A DNA stretch of 64,000 bases from the NCBI GenBank assembly GCA_963818475.1, contig CAWFSF010000002.1, positions 1 through 64,000 of the forward strand, written 5' to 3'. A program made the translations under genes and the position numbers. Shown here one piece after another: positions 48,759-58,902 of this stretch. The DNA comes from Nitrospirota bacterium. GTDB taxonomy: Bacteria; Nitrospirota; UBA9217. The notes beneath the pieces are model-generated. The model made no database searches. It saw only the letters and a list, made by a program, of their open reading frames with translations, and was not told the DNA's origin. The number at the start of each line of letters is the position of its first letter. Within the stretch, counting starts at the first letter, position 1.

Positions 48759-50021
48759 TTATCTTTGGGTTATATACTTATTCATAAATGAAATTAATAT
48801 TGCGGATGAAAAAATAATGCCGATAGCAGCCTCAATTATAACGAGAAGTTGTTTGATGAATATATAATTGCCACTTACAAAGCCATCTAGTAAATCCGAA
48901 TATCCGACTGTATAGAAGGTAATCCCAGAAAAATATACGGAGTTAGCCAACTCGTGAAAGACCGTATTTATAATATTCGGGTTTAACAAGTCCGAGAAAC
49001 TGAGCAGAGCAGAGTTGGCGTGACTTATCATATAAAAAACAATGCCAAAAAATATTACTGATAATATTGAAGAGAATATCACCCTGGATGGTTTATAAAA
49101 AAATCCAAAGGCAAATAGCACGGTCCATATTATGGGGTTGTATTTCTTGTTTCTATAAAAGAAATAATTGAGATCAGACAGAACATAATTATCTATAGAA
49201 GCATGAATTGACTTCTTGAGTAATAAGTAAAAGTTCAACAAATATTGTCTGCAGCGTTCTTGATGATCGCTAATTGAATCACGACAGACCTTTATGTTGT
49301 GCTTTAGAACTCTTTCATATTCTTTTCGCGTTTTATAATTATCTGGGATTTCGTTACCTGCGAGCTGTTTCTCGTATTCATTCATTTGGCTTGTCCAATT
49401 TTCAAGTAAACTTTTATCGTAAAAATTATTAACACGAATCTTGTTCAGTTTTTTATGATATGCCAATATTGAAGTGATATCGATATTGATTTTTTCGATT
49501 TGCAAGTGTTCATATTTTAACACTGACAAGAAGTTGTCTGTAATTTCGAGGTTCTTGATTTTGGTGCCATCAAAACCGACTTCAAGTATTTCAGACCCGA
49601 AGAAAGATAGCTCACCTATGCCGACATCTCGTATATAAATCGATTCAATCACGCAACAATCTACGTTTATGCTTTTGAAGTCAGCCAGTCTGTTAATGTT
49701 TATATTTTGATTGGCAACGGTCTTGTAGATGAAAACTTCAATGTCTTTCAATGTATTATTTGAATCAGGATTTATAATTAGTGCCCCATTAAAAAGACAA
49801 TTTTTGATCGTTATTTTAGTTGCGTGTGGAATACTAATTTTAAGAGTCTTATGAAATATCAAATTCTCAAGTAGGAATTCAGGGGCCGTTGAGGTTAAAT
49901 TAATTTCTTCGCCAAAATCGGTCCCCATAGTGGGAGTATATTCTTTCCGAGAATCGACGTATTTCTGCTCGATTATTTTATCGATAAACTTAAACTTCTT
50001 CATGTATTCCACCACATTCAT
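48759..50021 (-). CDS. AT-rich cassette gene: repeat-like N-terminus plus C-terminal two-TM ion channel domain
   Basis: YFSGITFYTVGYSD pore motif flanked by TM helices. Confidence 0.7.
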   Translation of the reverse strand: MNVVEYMKKFKFIDKIIEQKYVDSRKEYTPTMGTDFGEEINLTSTAPEFLLENLIFHKTLKISIPHATKITIKNCLFNGALIINPDSNNTLKDIEVFIYKTVANQNININRLADFKSINVDCCVIESIYIRDVGIGELSFFGSEILEVGFDGTKIKNLEITDNFLSVLKYEHLQIEKINIDITSILAYHKKLNKIRVNNFYDKSLLENWTSQMNEYEKQLAGNEIPDNYKTRKEYERVLKHNIKVCRDSISDHQERCRQYLLNFYLLLKKSIHASIDNYVLSDLNYFFYRNKKYNPIIWTVLFAFGFFYKPSRVIFSSILSVIFFGIVFYMISHANSALLSFSDLLNPNIINTVFHELANSVYFSGITFYTVGYSDLLDGFVSGNYIFIKQLLVIIEAAIGIIFSSAILISFMNKYITQR

Positions 50022-50046
50022 AACCCTTGCCAAAGGCTTCTTGCGA

Positions 50047-50105
50047 AACAAACGTAGAAGTCAGCCGGAGCGAGCGTAGCAATCGGCTGGATTGGCTTGT
50101 TACGC
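50047..50105 (-). other. attC site (59 bp)
   Basis: GCGTAAC-AAGCCAATCCAGCCGATTGCTACGCTCGCTCCGGCTGACTTCTAC-GTT. Confidence 0.75.
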
Positions 50106-50112
50106 AGCATTT

Positions 50113-50970
50113 TCATTCGACAGATGTCTTTTCCTGGGATTTCTCCTTACTAGCATGTTGACTATACCATTCCCATGTAGGCCGATAAAGTTCTTTGTGA
50201 TAGGTTATAGATTTTTGTCCGTTAGGCAGGATTTTTTCAGTAAAATCTGGTGGGATCACAAATAAATCCTCATGCCATCTAGATTGAATTAATAAACTAA
50301 GCATGACTACAATACAAGCAAATACAAAAACCCCGACAGCGATTGGGCTCGGTGGTATAGTCCAAAGCGATAAAAGTGGCTTATAGCGCAGCGATGCAAT
50401 ACCAATAGCAAGGAAACTGACTGCAAGAACGCAGATTGAAACCAGTTGCGCCCAAGCTAATGACTCTCCAGCTCCAGCTGCAGCAGAGTGATATCTCCGG
50501 CGGTTTCGTAATGTGATAAAAAAGAATGATAAGATCATCGTTCCAACGAACAAAAAAATAAAAAATAGTAGAAATACGCTCGCCGCTGCCAATATTATAT
50601 AAATAACAGTATCAACCGATCTACTAAGTCCACTAGCTGCTAAGATCAGAATGGTGAACCGCACCAGATAAATTGACATTTTGAAATCTGTCTGGGCATA
50701 TCCCCATCTGCGAACCTCGACAGACTGCATTTTGAACTCCAGAACAAATCGTACGGTACTGTATCCGATAACACATGCTAAGATGAGTGGTATTGAAGCT
50801 CTGGACAGATCAATGGTTCCAAAATACCCTATGCTTAGAGACTTAAGATCAAACTGAGCGGCCGACCAAGCAAGGGCAATTGCACAAAAAAATGAATTCA
50901 TCCGCCTGGCTGCGCGATACCCTTCGCTTAATTGAAATTGAAAAGGTGGACTTTTTATATCGGTGTTCAT
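50113..50970 (-). CDS. Hypothetical multi-TM protein, cassette gene
   Basis: About six hydrophobic segments; flanked by attC sites. Confidence 0.75.
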   Translation of the reverse strand: MNTDIKSPPFQFQLSEGYRAARRMNSFFCAIALAWSAAQFDLKSLSIGYFGTIDLSRASIPLILACVIGYSTVRFVLEFKMQSVEVRRWGYAQTDFKMSIYLVRFTILILAASGLSRSVDTVIYIILAAASVFLLFFIFLFVGTMILSFFFITLRNRRRYHSAAAGAGESLAWAQLVSICVLAVSFLAIGIASLRYKPLLSLWTIPPSPIAVGVFVFACIVVMLSLLIQSRWHEDLFVIPPDFTEKILPNGQKSITYHKELYRPTWEWYSQHASKEKSQEKTSVE

Positions 50971-50988
50971 CGTTTATTTCCTATCACC

Positions 50989-51044
50989 GCATAACGCGGA
51001 GTTCACACGCCGCGAAACGGTCGGCGTGGAACGATTCGTTAGCC
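50989..51044 (-). other. attC site (56 bp)
   Basis: GGCTAAC-GAATCGTTCCACGCCGACCGTTTCGCGGCGTGTGAACTCCGC-GTTATGC, directly after a TGA stop. Confidence 0.8.
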
Positions 51045-51045
51045 G

Positions 51046-51672
51046 TCACCAAATTGAGAATTCCGGTGTTTTAAGTTTTTGAGCGCGGCATATTGCTGTC
51101 AATGCCTCGACAAGTTTTGCGTAATCATCTTTTGAAGATATTTGGGCAAACCTTGAACGGAACATGATTCTTTCGTCCTCCCTTAGATAAGGGCTCGCAA
51201 TAGCTAAAAGTTGATTAAAGTGTGTTATTGCGCGATTCTCATATGCAACCTGATTTGCCTGTACTGCTGAAAACACAAGGAGGAAAACAACCAAAATAAG
51301 AACTGGACGACCTAGAACCTTAAGTGTTCGATTCACCTCTGGATTCTGAGTTCCGCCCTTTGAACTATTCAATCTTTTTTGAGCAGAAAATACGCCGGTC
51401 ATCGCACCAAGGATAAAGATGGGCAAAAGACCAAAAATTACGCTGTAGAGTCTCAGGCTTGGATCTTCTCGAAAACCAAACGCAATGTCCGCATAGAGTG
51501 AGTTTTTGAATTTTTCAATTCCAAGGGTTGCGATGTTCAGTCCAAAATTGCTCACTACCTTGAGCATCGGCTTAAGCAACCACTCCCAGGCACCGGATCC
51601 CAAAGCTCCGAGGACAACTGTTAATAGAGCGTAGCGAGCTGTCTTCCAAGACAATAAATTACGGATTCCCAT
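51046..51672 (-). CDS. Hypothetical membrane protein, first cassette gene
   Basis: GGAGG RBS; about three TM segments; followed by attC. Confidence 0.75.
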   Translation of the reverse strand: MGIRNLLSWKTARYALLTVVLGALGSGAWEWLLKPMLKVVSNFGLNIATLGIEKFKNSLYADIAFGFREDPSLRLYSVIFGLLPIFILGAMTGVFSAQKRLNSSKGGTQNPEVNRTLKVLGRPVLILVVFLLVFSAVQANQVAYENRAITHFNQLLAIASPYLREDERIMFRSRFAQISSKDDYAKLVEALTAICRAQKLKTPEFSIW

Positions 51673-51778
51673 GGAATTTCCTCCTGAAGCTTGACTTGAA
51701 ACTGATTCGTAACGGAGTAGTTTGGATTCGGGCTTCTTTGTAATGCAAGCTCATCACCTGTATGCCATAAATTAACCA

Positions 51779-51883
51779 GTTATTGACTATAAGCAACCTG
51801 GTTTATGATACCATAAACAAGTTTATGCTATCATAAACCGGTTATTGCTATCATAAACTTTTGAGGTTTATGCTATGATAAAC
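51779..51883. repeat. Tandem array of 18-bp palindromes GTTTATG-N4-CATAAAC
   Basis: Copies at 51801, 51821, 51841 and 51866, plus a degenerate copy at 51779. Confidence 0.85.
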
Positions 51884-52075
51884 CTTTCCAACTCGGCGCC
51901 TTGATTTCACCGAACTGAACATACCAGCCACGGGTCGACTATACCACAAGCTGCAGACTACGAAAAGGAATTCTCAGCAGTTATTGAAAACACGCACCAC
52001 GATTGCCGCATACAATAGTTTACGACAAGAGGAGAGGATAAAAGCGAGTGGGGTTTTCAAGTGAAGACTGTATGC

Positions 52076-52831
52076 TCAGACAATGATCCTTTTTCTCATG
52101 AGCCGGAACGGGAACGGCGCGAGCACCAGCGCCATGACGACGATCCAGCCGGCGCTCCCGAGCGCAGCGGAGAGCGAACCGGCGGACAGGGCCCGGCAGA
52201 CGTTCACCAGATGGTAGAGCGGCGTGAAGACGGCGAGGTCTGAAACGATGCGCGGCATGGCATCGAGGGGGAAGAAGATCCCCGAGAAGAGAAAGAGCGG
52301 CGTCATGAAGAGCGTGTAGAAGTAGCTGAAGGAATCGATGCCCGGCACCTTTGCCGCGAACATGACCGAGAGCTCCGCGAAGATCAGGCCGCCGAGAAAG
52401 ACGAAGGGCAGCGCCAGAAGGATGAGCCAGGACTGTACGAGCCCGAAGAGCGCGATCACGATCATGATCGTGGCGCCGAAGATCACGCTCTTGGTCGCGC
52501 CCCAGATGAGCTCGCCGGCTATGAGGTCGTCGAGGTTCACCGGCGTTGCCAGGATCGCGTCAAAGGTCTTCTGGAAGGTCATGCGGATATAGGTGCCGTA
52601 GGTGCATTCGTACACCGCGGCAAAGACCGACGACGAGGCAACGATGCCCGGCGCGATGAACTGAATGTAGGGCTGGCCGTTGATGTTCTGCACGAACGTG
52701 CCGAGGCCGAACCCCATGGCCACGAGGTAGAGCGCGGGCTCGGCAAAGTTCAGGGCAAAGCTCGTCTTGTACAGCTTGGTGTACACGGTCCAGTGCCGCT
52801 GCCAGACCCTGAATGCCCGTTTAATCTGCAA
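52076..52831 (-). CDS. ABC-2 type permease (NodJ-like)
   Basis: EP.LYL.AMG.GLG, QKTFDAILATP, FLFSGIFFP. Confidence 0.88.
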   Translation of the reverse strand: MQIKRAFRVWQRHWTVYTKLYKTSFALNFAEPALYLVAMGFGLGTFVQNINGQPYIQFIAPGIVASSSVFAAVYECTYGTYIRMTFQKTFDAILATPVNLDDLIAGELIWGATKSVIFGATIMIVIALFGLVQSWLILLALPFVFLGGLIFAELSVMFAAKVPGIDSFSYFYTLFMTPLFLFSGIFFPLDAMPRIVSDLAVFTPLYHLVNVCRALSAGSLSAALGSAGWIVVMALVLAPFPFRLMRKRIIV

Positions 52832-53552
52832 GGCTCCTCCCGGTCAGCTTCAGGTACACTTTCTCAAGGTTGCCGCCGTGCTCCGCCGTGAGCCGCGCCG
52901 GGGAATCGATGACCACGATCCTGCCGCTGTCCATGATCGCCACGCGGTCGCAGAGCTGTTCCGCCTCTTCCATGTAATGGGTCGTGAGCAGCAGCGTCGT
53001 GTTCTTCGCCTTGAGGTGGTTCAGCTTGTCCCAGACCGCGCGCCGGCTGTGCGGGTCCAGGCCGGTGGTGGGCTCGTCGAGGATGAGGATGTCGGGGTCG
53101 TTCACCAGGGAGCGCGCGAGCAGGAGGCGGTGCTTCATGCCGCCCGAGAGCTGGTCGATCTTTACATCGGCCTTGTCCCGGAGTTCCACGAAGTCGAGCA
53201 GCACGCGGGCAAGCCGTGTTGAATCTTTTTTGGGGATATCGAAGTACCGGGCATAGACCATGAGGTTCTCGATCACCGAGAGATCGGGGTCGAGGTTGTT
53301 GTCCTGCGGCATGACGCCGAGGCGGGCCTTGATCGCGCCGGGCTCTCCGGTCACGTCCATGCCGAAGACCGTCACCTTCCCGCTGGTGGGCGGCATGAAG
53401 CAAGAGATGATGCGCATCACCGTGGTCTTGCCCGCGCCGTTGGGCCCCAGAAAGCCGAAACATTCGCCTTCGGCAATGGAAACGTCGATGCCGTTCACTG
53501 CACGGAGGCCGTTGTAATCCTTGATCAGATTGTGGGCGACAACAATGTCCAT
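52821..53552 (-). CDS. ABC transporter ATP-binding protein (NodI-like)
   Basis: GPNGAGKT, LSGGM, ILDEPTTGLD, TTHYMEEA. Confidence 0.9.
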   Translation of the reverse strand: MDIVVAHNLIKDYNGLRAVNGIDVSIAEGECFGFLGPNGAGKTTVMRIISCFMPPTSGKVTVFGMDVTGEPGAIKARLGVMPQDNNLDPDLSVIENLMVYARYFDIPKKDSTRLARVLLDFVELRDKADVKIDQLSGGMKHRLLLARSLVNDPDILILDEPTTGLDPHSRRAVWDKLNHLKAKNTTLLLTTHYMEEAEQLCDRVAIMDSGRIVVIDSPARLTAEHGGNLEKVYLKLTGRSLAD

Positions 53553-53556
53553 GCTA

Positions 53557-53594
53557 CGTCCTAACTCCTGACTCCGAGCTCCTAACTCCGAACT
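53557..53594. repeat. Heptamer tandem repeat (ACTCCGA consensus)
   Basis: CGTCCTA ACTCCTG ACTCCGA GCTCCTA ACTCCGA. Confidence 0.7.
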
Positions 53595-53832
53595 ACTGCT
53601 CCTTCAGCGCCTCCAGGGACTGCAGGACCCGTTCCACTTTTTCACGGATATGCATGCGCCTGCTGTGGAGATGCTCCAGGTCCTGCGACGATCGCCTGGC
53701 CTGAGCGAGCTCATTCTCCAGTTCGCGCACGCGTTTTTTGAGCCCCTTGTTCTCGCTTACCAGCGCCTGTACCCGCTGCTCCACGATCGCAAAATCGGCT
53801 TCGATCCTCTTTACTGCATCGTCATCCTGCAT
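53593..53832 (-). CDS. Small coiled-coil protein, ZapB-like
   Basis: MQDDDAVKRIE...LEALKEQ; heptad pattern. Confidence 0.6.
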   Translation of the reverse strand: MQDDDAVKRIEADFAIVEQRVQALVSENKGLKKRVRELENELAQARRSSQDLEHLHSRRMHIREKVERVLQSLEALKEQ

Positions 53833-53876
53833 AGGCAACTCCGCAATGGTGGCCGCGCGCTTCCGAGCGAATGCGG

Positions 53877-56252
53877 CTACCGTCCCCCGATGACCGGGCT
53901 CTCGACCGGCCCATCCTGCACCACTGGCAGCGACCTGGCAACCGGGACCGTCTTGCCGTAGATACGCTTGTATTCGGCGTAGTTCCTGAGCACTTTTTTG
54001 ACATATCCCCGCGTTTCTGAGAAGGGGATCGATTCGACGAACACATCGCGCTCCATGTTTGCCGAGCCGTTCCGACCCATCCAGGACGTTACCGCCTCGG
54101 GCCCGGCATTGTACGCCGCCGCCACAAAGAGCGGATCGCTCTTGAACCGCTTCATCAGGTGGCCGATATACCATGTTCCGACGTTGATGGCCATGTCCGG
54201 CTCAAAGAGCCGCGACCGGTCGAAGCCCGGTACGCCGGCGTTCCGCGCGATCCACTCCCCGGTTTGCGGCATGACCTGCATCACGCCGCGGGCGCCGGCC
54301 GGCGAGAGCGCAGCTGCGTGGAACTGGCTCTCTTCGCGAATGATGGCGGCAATGAAATACGGGTCCTGCCCATACTTTTTTGAATAGCTTGCGATGCTGT
54401 CCCAATATCCCTGGGGATAGGCGAGCACCCAGAGGTCCGCAGGCGTCTCCTGCGTCCGACCGTCGAGATAGGGCTGGTAGTTCCGGAGCACGAGGGTCAG
54501 TGAGCGGTAGTAATCGCCGAGATCGAAAAAGGCCTTGCTCAGCCCGATGAGCGCACCGCGTTTATGCGGCAGCCGTTCCTGCAGGCTCCACAGCTCCTGG
54601 GCAGCCTCTTTCCTCATGTCCAGGTGCATGAGCTCAAGTGTTTTTTTGAAGCTCGGCTCGGCTGCCAGCAGCTGCCTGGTCTCGTCGGTCCAGACCGGCG
54701 GCCCGTCTTCCGTGTCATAGGCAGTGAGCGGGTCCTCGGGGCAGGTTTCTGCACCGCAGTCCGGAACAGCGTCAACAGAAATGTCCGTGGGTGCGGACCC
54801 ATGAGGGGACTTGAGAGCGGCCAGGCGCTCGGCCGCCAGGTATCCATAATAGGTATAGGGGCCTTTTTGGAGCACCCGTTTGTAGAATACAGCGGCACGT
54901 GCAGGATCATCGCGTTTCTCTGCTGTTTTACCCTGCCAGTAGCGGGCCTGATGCACCAGGAAGGATTGGGGATATCTGCTGACCAGCTTCTGCAGGGTCT
55001 GTTCGGTTTTTTTAAATTCTCCTGCCCCGTAGTACGCCCAGGCATTCCACCAGATCGCACTGTCGGCAAACTTGCTCCTGGGATACTCCGACGCCAGCCT
55101 CCCGTAGAATTTGAGCGCCATTTTGACATCGTTCGCTTCACGGTAGATGTTCCCGATATAGAAGAGCGCGTCGTCGGCCCATTCGCACGCGGGGTAGGAG
55201 CTCATGATCTTCTGGAACGTCCTGATCCCTTTCTCGCGTTCGCCCAGCTTGCTGTAGGACCTGCCGAGCCAGTGCAGTGCCTCTGCCGTCTGCTCCTGCG
55301 CGGGATAGTCCTTCACCAGCTGCTCGAGAACGGCCGCGGACTCTCCCCGCTTGCCGAGATTGAACAGGGCGATGCCCATCCTGAGCAGGATGTCGGGCCG
55401 GTTCGGCGGATTCGGCTCCCGCTCCAGCAGCAGCCTGAAGGTCTGCACGGTCTTGTCATGCTGATTCGTAAGGGAGAAGTTCTTTCCACGCTCGGAGAGC
55501 TCCCCAAGAGTATAGTCGGCGATAGCAACACCGTCTGCACTGAGGTCTGCCAGCGCTTTTGCCGCATCATGGTCGGCAGCCGTGCCGGGATAGGAGACCG
55601 ATACCGCACGAAAGGCGCGCGCAGCCTCATCGGCTCTGGCATCGGCGAGCAGCGCCCGGCCGAGCCCCACGCCGCTGTCAGGAGCGAACTCCGATCGGGG
55701 ATGGTCTTTAAGGAAGCTTTCAAAGGCTTCGATTGCAGGCAGCGGAGCGGAAGACGCGAGCAGGGCACGGGCGCGCTGATAGGCCGCACGCTCTGCCAGG
55801 GAGCTCTCGGGGTACCGCTCCACGACCTGCTGATACAGTGCAGCGGCTTGCGTGTAGCGAGCTTTGGAGAACTGGTGGTCGGCCAGGATCGCGACGGCAT
55901 AGTCGGCAAGGTCAGGATACTCGGTTTGTATGCGCAGCATGGCCGCATTTGCGTCGCCTTCCCGGTCCAGCTTGATGAGTGCCTGCTCTGCAAGGAACAG
56001 CGAGCGCTGATGCCATGCCGTGGCCGGGTACAGCTCCTGCACCTGTCGGCAAACTATGAGAACAGCTTCAAAATTGCCGGCTTTGTAGAGGTCCAGCGCG
56101 GTCCGCAGCCCCTGCCCTGCATCGGTCAGGGTTTGTGGTGAATAGGCCCCCCGCTGCTGCTCGACTGTTTCCGGAGGGGCGGTCATTGTCGGGATACAGG
56201 CCGTCAGGAGGGAGATCAGGACTATTGAGAGATTTTTTTTTGAAAAAGGCAT
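53877..56252 (-). CDS. slt: TPR-containing soluble lytic transglycosylase lipoprotein
   Basis: LTAC lipobox, TPR repeats, IIREESQF, GVMQVM, AAYNAG, ETRGYV. Confidence 0.88.
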   Translation of the reverse strand: MPFSKKNLSIVLISLLTACIPTMTAPPETVEQQRGAYSPQTLTDAGQGLRTALDLYKAGNFEAVLIVCRQVQELYPATAWHQRSLFLAEQALIKLDREGDANAAMLRIQTEYPDLADYAVAILADHQFSKARYTQAAALYQQVVERYPESSLAERAAYQRARALLASSAPLPAIEAFESFLKDHPRSEFAPDSGVGLGRALLADARADEAARAFRAVSVSYPGTAADHDAAKALADLSADGVAIADYTLGELSERGKNFSLTNQHDKTVQTFRLLLEREPNPPNRPDILLRMGIALFNLGKRGESAAVLEQLVKDYPAQEQTAEALHWLGRSYSKLGEREKGIRTFQKIMSSYPACEWADDALFYIGNIYREANDVKMALKFYGRLASEYPRSKFADSAIWWNAWAYYGAGEFKKTEQTLQKLVSRYPQSFLVHQARYWQGKTAEKRDDPARAAVFYKRVLQKGPYTYYGYLAAERLAALKSPHGSAPTDISVDAVPDCGAETCPEDPLTAYDTEDGPPVWTDETRQLLAAEPSFKKTLELMHLDMRKEAAQELWSLQERLPHKRGALIGLSKAFFDLGDYYRSLTLVLRNYQPYLDGRTQETPADLWVLAYPQGYWDSIASYSKKYGQDPYFIAAIIREESQFHAAALSPAGARGVMQVMPQTGEWIARNAGVPGFDRSRLFEPDMAINVGTWYIGHLMKRFKSDPLFVAAAYNAGPEAVTSWMGRNGSANMERDVFVESIPFSETRGYVKKVLRNYAEYKRIYGKTVPVARSLPVVQDGPVESPVIGGR

Positions 56253-56398
56253 TTGTATTCCTGACAGGAATTTTCCATAACGTACGGGGTCACGACTGCT
56301 TTATATAATATAGGGTGGAGTCTGGCATGTCAATAGAAGTTGTCGGCCAGTTCAGGAAACAGTGGCAGCAGGAGAGAACAGCGATGTGCAATGAAGGT

Positions 56399-56427
56399 GT
56401 AGGGGCAGGTTTAAAACCTGCCCGTGC
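56399..56427 (+). repeat. Single REP (GTAG type)
   Basis: GTAGGGGCAGGTTTAAAACCTGCCC. Confidence 0.6.
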
Positions 56428-56478
56428 AATTTCAAAAAAGGGAAAGAAGTGTGTGCTAATAGACAGCAAGGGATCGTG

Positions 56479-56511
56479 AAAAAAAGGGCGGGGATCGCTC
56501 CCCGCCTGTTT
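56479..56511 (-). terminator. Rho-independent terminator
   Basis: GGCGGGGA-GCGA-TCCCCGCC followed by a 7-T run on the - strand. Confidence 0.75.
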
Positions 56512-56581
56512 CGTTAAAGGTATGTTACTTAATTTGATGATTCTGCTTCTCGTTGCCAGTAGCGCTGAATCACCAGCCGGA

Positions 56582-58724
56582 TCACTGGATCGTGCCGGTG
56601 GTGGCGACGGAGGAAGGGCCGCTTCCCGCCGCGGCCGGGGCAGCCGTCATCGGGGTGAGCGCACCGACGGCGCCGATGGTGAACTGGTAGACGCCGGCGC
56701 TGCCGGTCGCATAGGCATATCTGCCGGAAAGATCGACGGTAACGGAGTTCGTTCCGTTTCCGGTGCTGAACGGTGAACCGGCAACTGCAGTGAGCGTCCC
56801 GGCGCTGGTGTCAATTGCCTGGGCCGATACCTGGTTCATGACATCGAATGGCGTCATGTACAGATAGCGCCCGGCCGGATCGAGCGCCAGGGCGTCAGGG
56901 GCGCTCGGCGCGCCAAAGCACAGCCCGCCCGGGTCTGCATCGGCGCGCGTAAGCAATCCCGTTGCGGTATTGATACCGAACACCCAGGTCGTTCCGCAGG
57001 CCGTCGCGGCATACACAAAACGGCCGGTCGGATCCGCGGCGATCGAAACGGGGCGGGCATTGGTAACGCTCAGACCCTGAATTGAGGCCAGTGCTCCGGT
57101 CGCGGGATCGATCGAGAAGGCAGTGATGGTGTCATTGAGCAGGTTGGTGACGTACACGAACCGGCCTGAAGGGTCGACATCAAGGGAGCTTGAGCCGTTT
57201 CCGGCCCCGAAGGGCGAACCGGCGATCGCCGTGAGCGCGCCGGTCAAGGCGTTGACCGTGTAGGCCGAAACGCTGCCGAAACTCGGCCACCCGTAGTTTG
57301 ACACGTACACGAATCGTCCCGACGGATCGATGCTCACCGCCGTCGGCGACGTGCCGGCCGCGAACGGCGAGCCGCCGGCCGGAGTGAGGGCGCGGGTGAC
57401 CGGGTCGATGGTGTATGCCGAAACATTGTTGGAATTGTAATTGGCGACGTAGGCGAACTTGCCCGAGGGATCGACGATAACGGAATGCGGTGACGTTCCC
57501 GTTGCGACCGTGGCGAGCGTCATCGGGGTAAGCGCACCGCTTGTTCCGATGGTGTATTGCGATACGGAGTTGGAGCCGGCGTTGGCCACATACGCCGCCT
57601 TCGGCGTGTATTTGACGGCGCTGCTGCCCGCGGCTATGCTGATCGACATAGGACCGGAGCGGGCAGCTATGGTCCCTGCCGCAGTCAAGGCGCCTGAGGC
57701 CGGATCGATGGTATAGACCAATACCGTGCAGGAGCCGTAATTCGTTACATAGGCATATTTGCCCGTCGGGTCTACAGTGACGGAACGAGGAGAGGTCCCC
57801 GCCGCAACGGTGCCTGCGGGAACCAATGCCCCGGTGGTCTGATCGATCGTGTACCGGGAGACATCGTCGGAACCGGAGTTTGCCGTATAGGCGAACTTGC
57901 CTGAAGGGTCAACGGCTATGGAATAAGGCGTTGTCCCCGCGGTCACCGTCCCTGCGGAAAGTCAATTCCCCGGTGGTTGGATCGATGGAATACATCGAGA
58001 TGCTGTCGGAGCCCTCATTCGCCACATAGGCAAATTTACCTGAAGGGCCCACGACGACCGACTTCGGATTAGTTTCAGCGGCCGCAGAACCAGCAGGAGT
58101 CAGCTCCCCGGTAGTCTGATCGATCGTATATGCCGAAACACTGCTGGAAAAGTAATTTGCCGCGTAGGCGAACTTGCCGGTGGGGTCCACGGCGAACGAC
58201 TTTGGATTCAGCTCGGTGGAAACCGCTGTCCCTGCAGTCAGGGCGCCGGTGGTCTGGTCGATAGTATAGACCGACACATCGAAGGAGGCCTCATTTGCCA
58301 CATACGCGAACCTGCCGGTCGGGTCCACGGTCACGTAGTAAGGCCACGTCCCCGCGGTAACGGTTGCGCCTGAGGTCAAAGCACCGGTGGCCTGGTTGAT
58401 GGCATAGACCGATACGTTGTTGGAGCCGTAGTTTGCCGCATAGGCGAACCTGCCTTTCGGGTCAACGGTTACGGAGAGCGGCTGCGTCCCTGCGCTCACG
58501 TATCCGTTGTGCCTCATTTGACCGGTCGCACCGTTGATGGTATAGAGGGAGATCGTGCCGTCACCAACGTTCGCCACATAGGCAAAGCGCGGGTACACGT
58601 GCGCTGAACTCCCCCCGCCCTCACTTCCGCCTCCTCCTCCGCAGTTGACCAGCGAGAACGAAGCCATCAGAGCAAGTGCTGCGACTGCAAAAAAGCTGAA
58701 CCTCATGGTGCGAGTACTATTCAT
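56582..58724 (-). CDS. Lactonase-like double beta-propeller lipoprotein (frameshift near 57955)
   Basis: LVNC-GGGGG lipobox; many VDPSGKFAYVAN...YTID..TGALT repeats. Confidence 0.85.
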
Positions 58725-58902
58725 GTGAACCTCCTTGAAAGGTATGACGTTCTATTGATGCCATGACCCAACCGCCATGGTCCGGCTTTACTGATAACGG
58801 TTGGCCCAAATATTGTTCCGCGTGAAATCGTACTGAGCCAACATCACCCCCTGGCGTAGCCCCTCCCCCTCCCCCGCCTCCGCCGCACGCGGAACTCCGG
58901 GC

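Noticed and set aside
51779-51883. CRISPR array
   Set aside because: Units are 18 bp with 2-7 nt gaps; there are no spacers and no cas genes.
51890-52075. Integron integrase next to the cassette array
   Set aside because: No tyrosine recombinase ORF or remnant is visible; the ABC permease ends here.
52076-53552. Nod factor export
   Set aside because: Family resemblance only; no nodABC genes.
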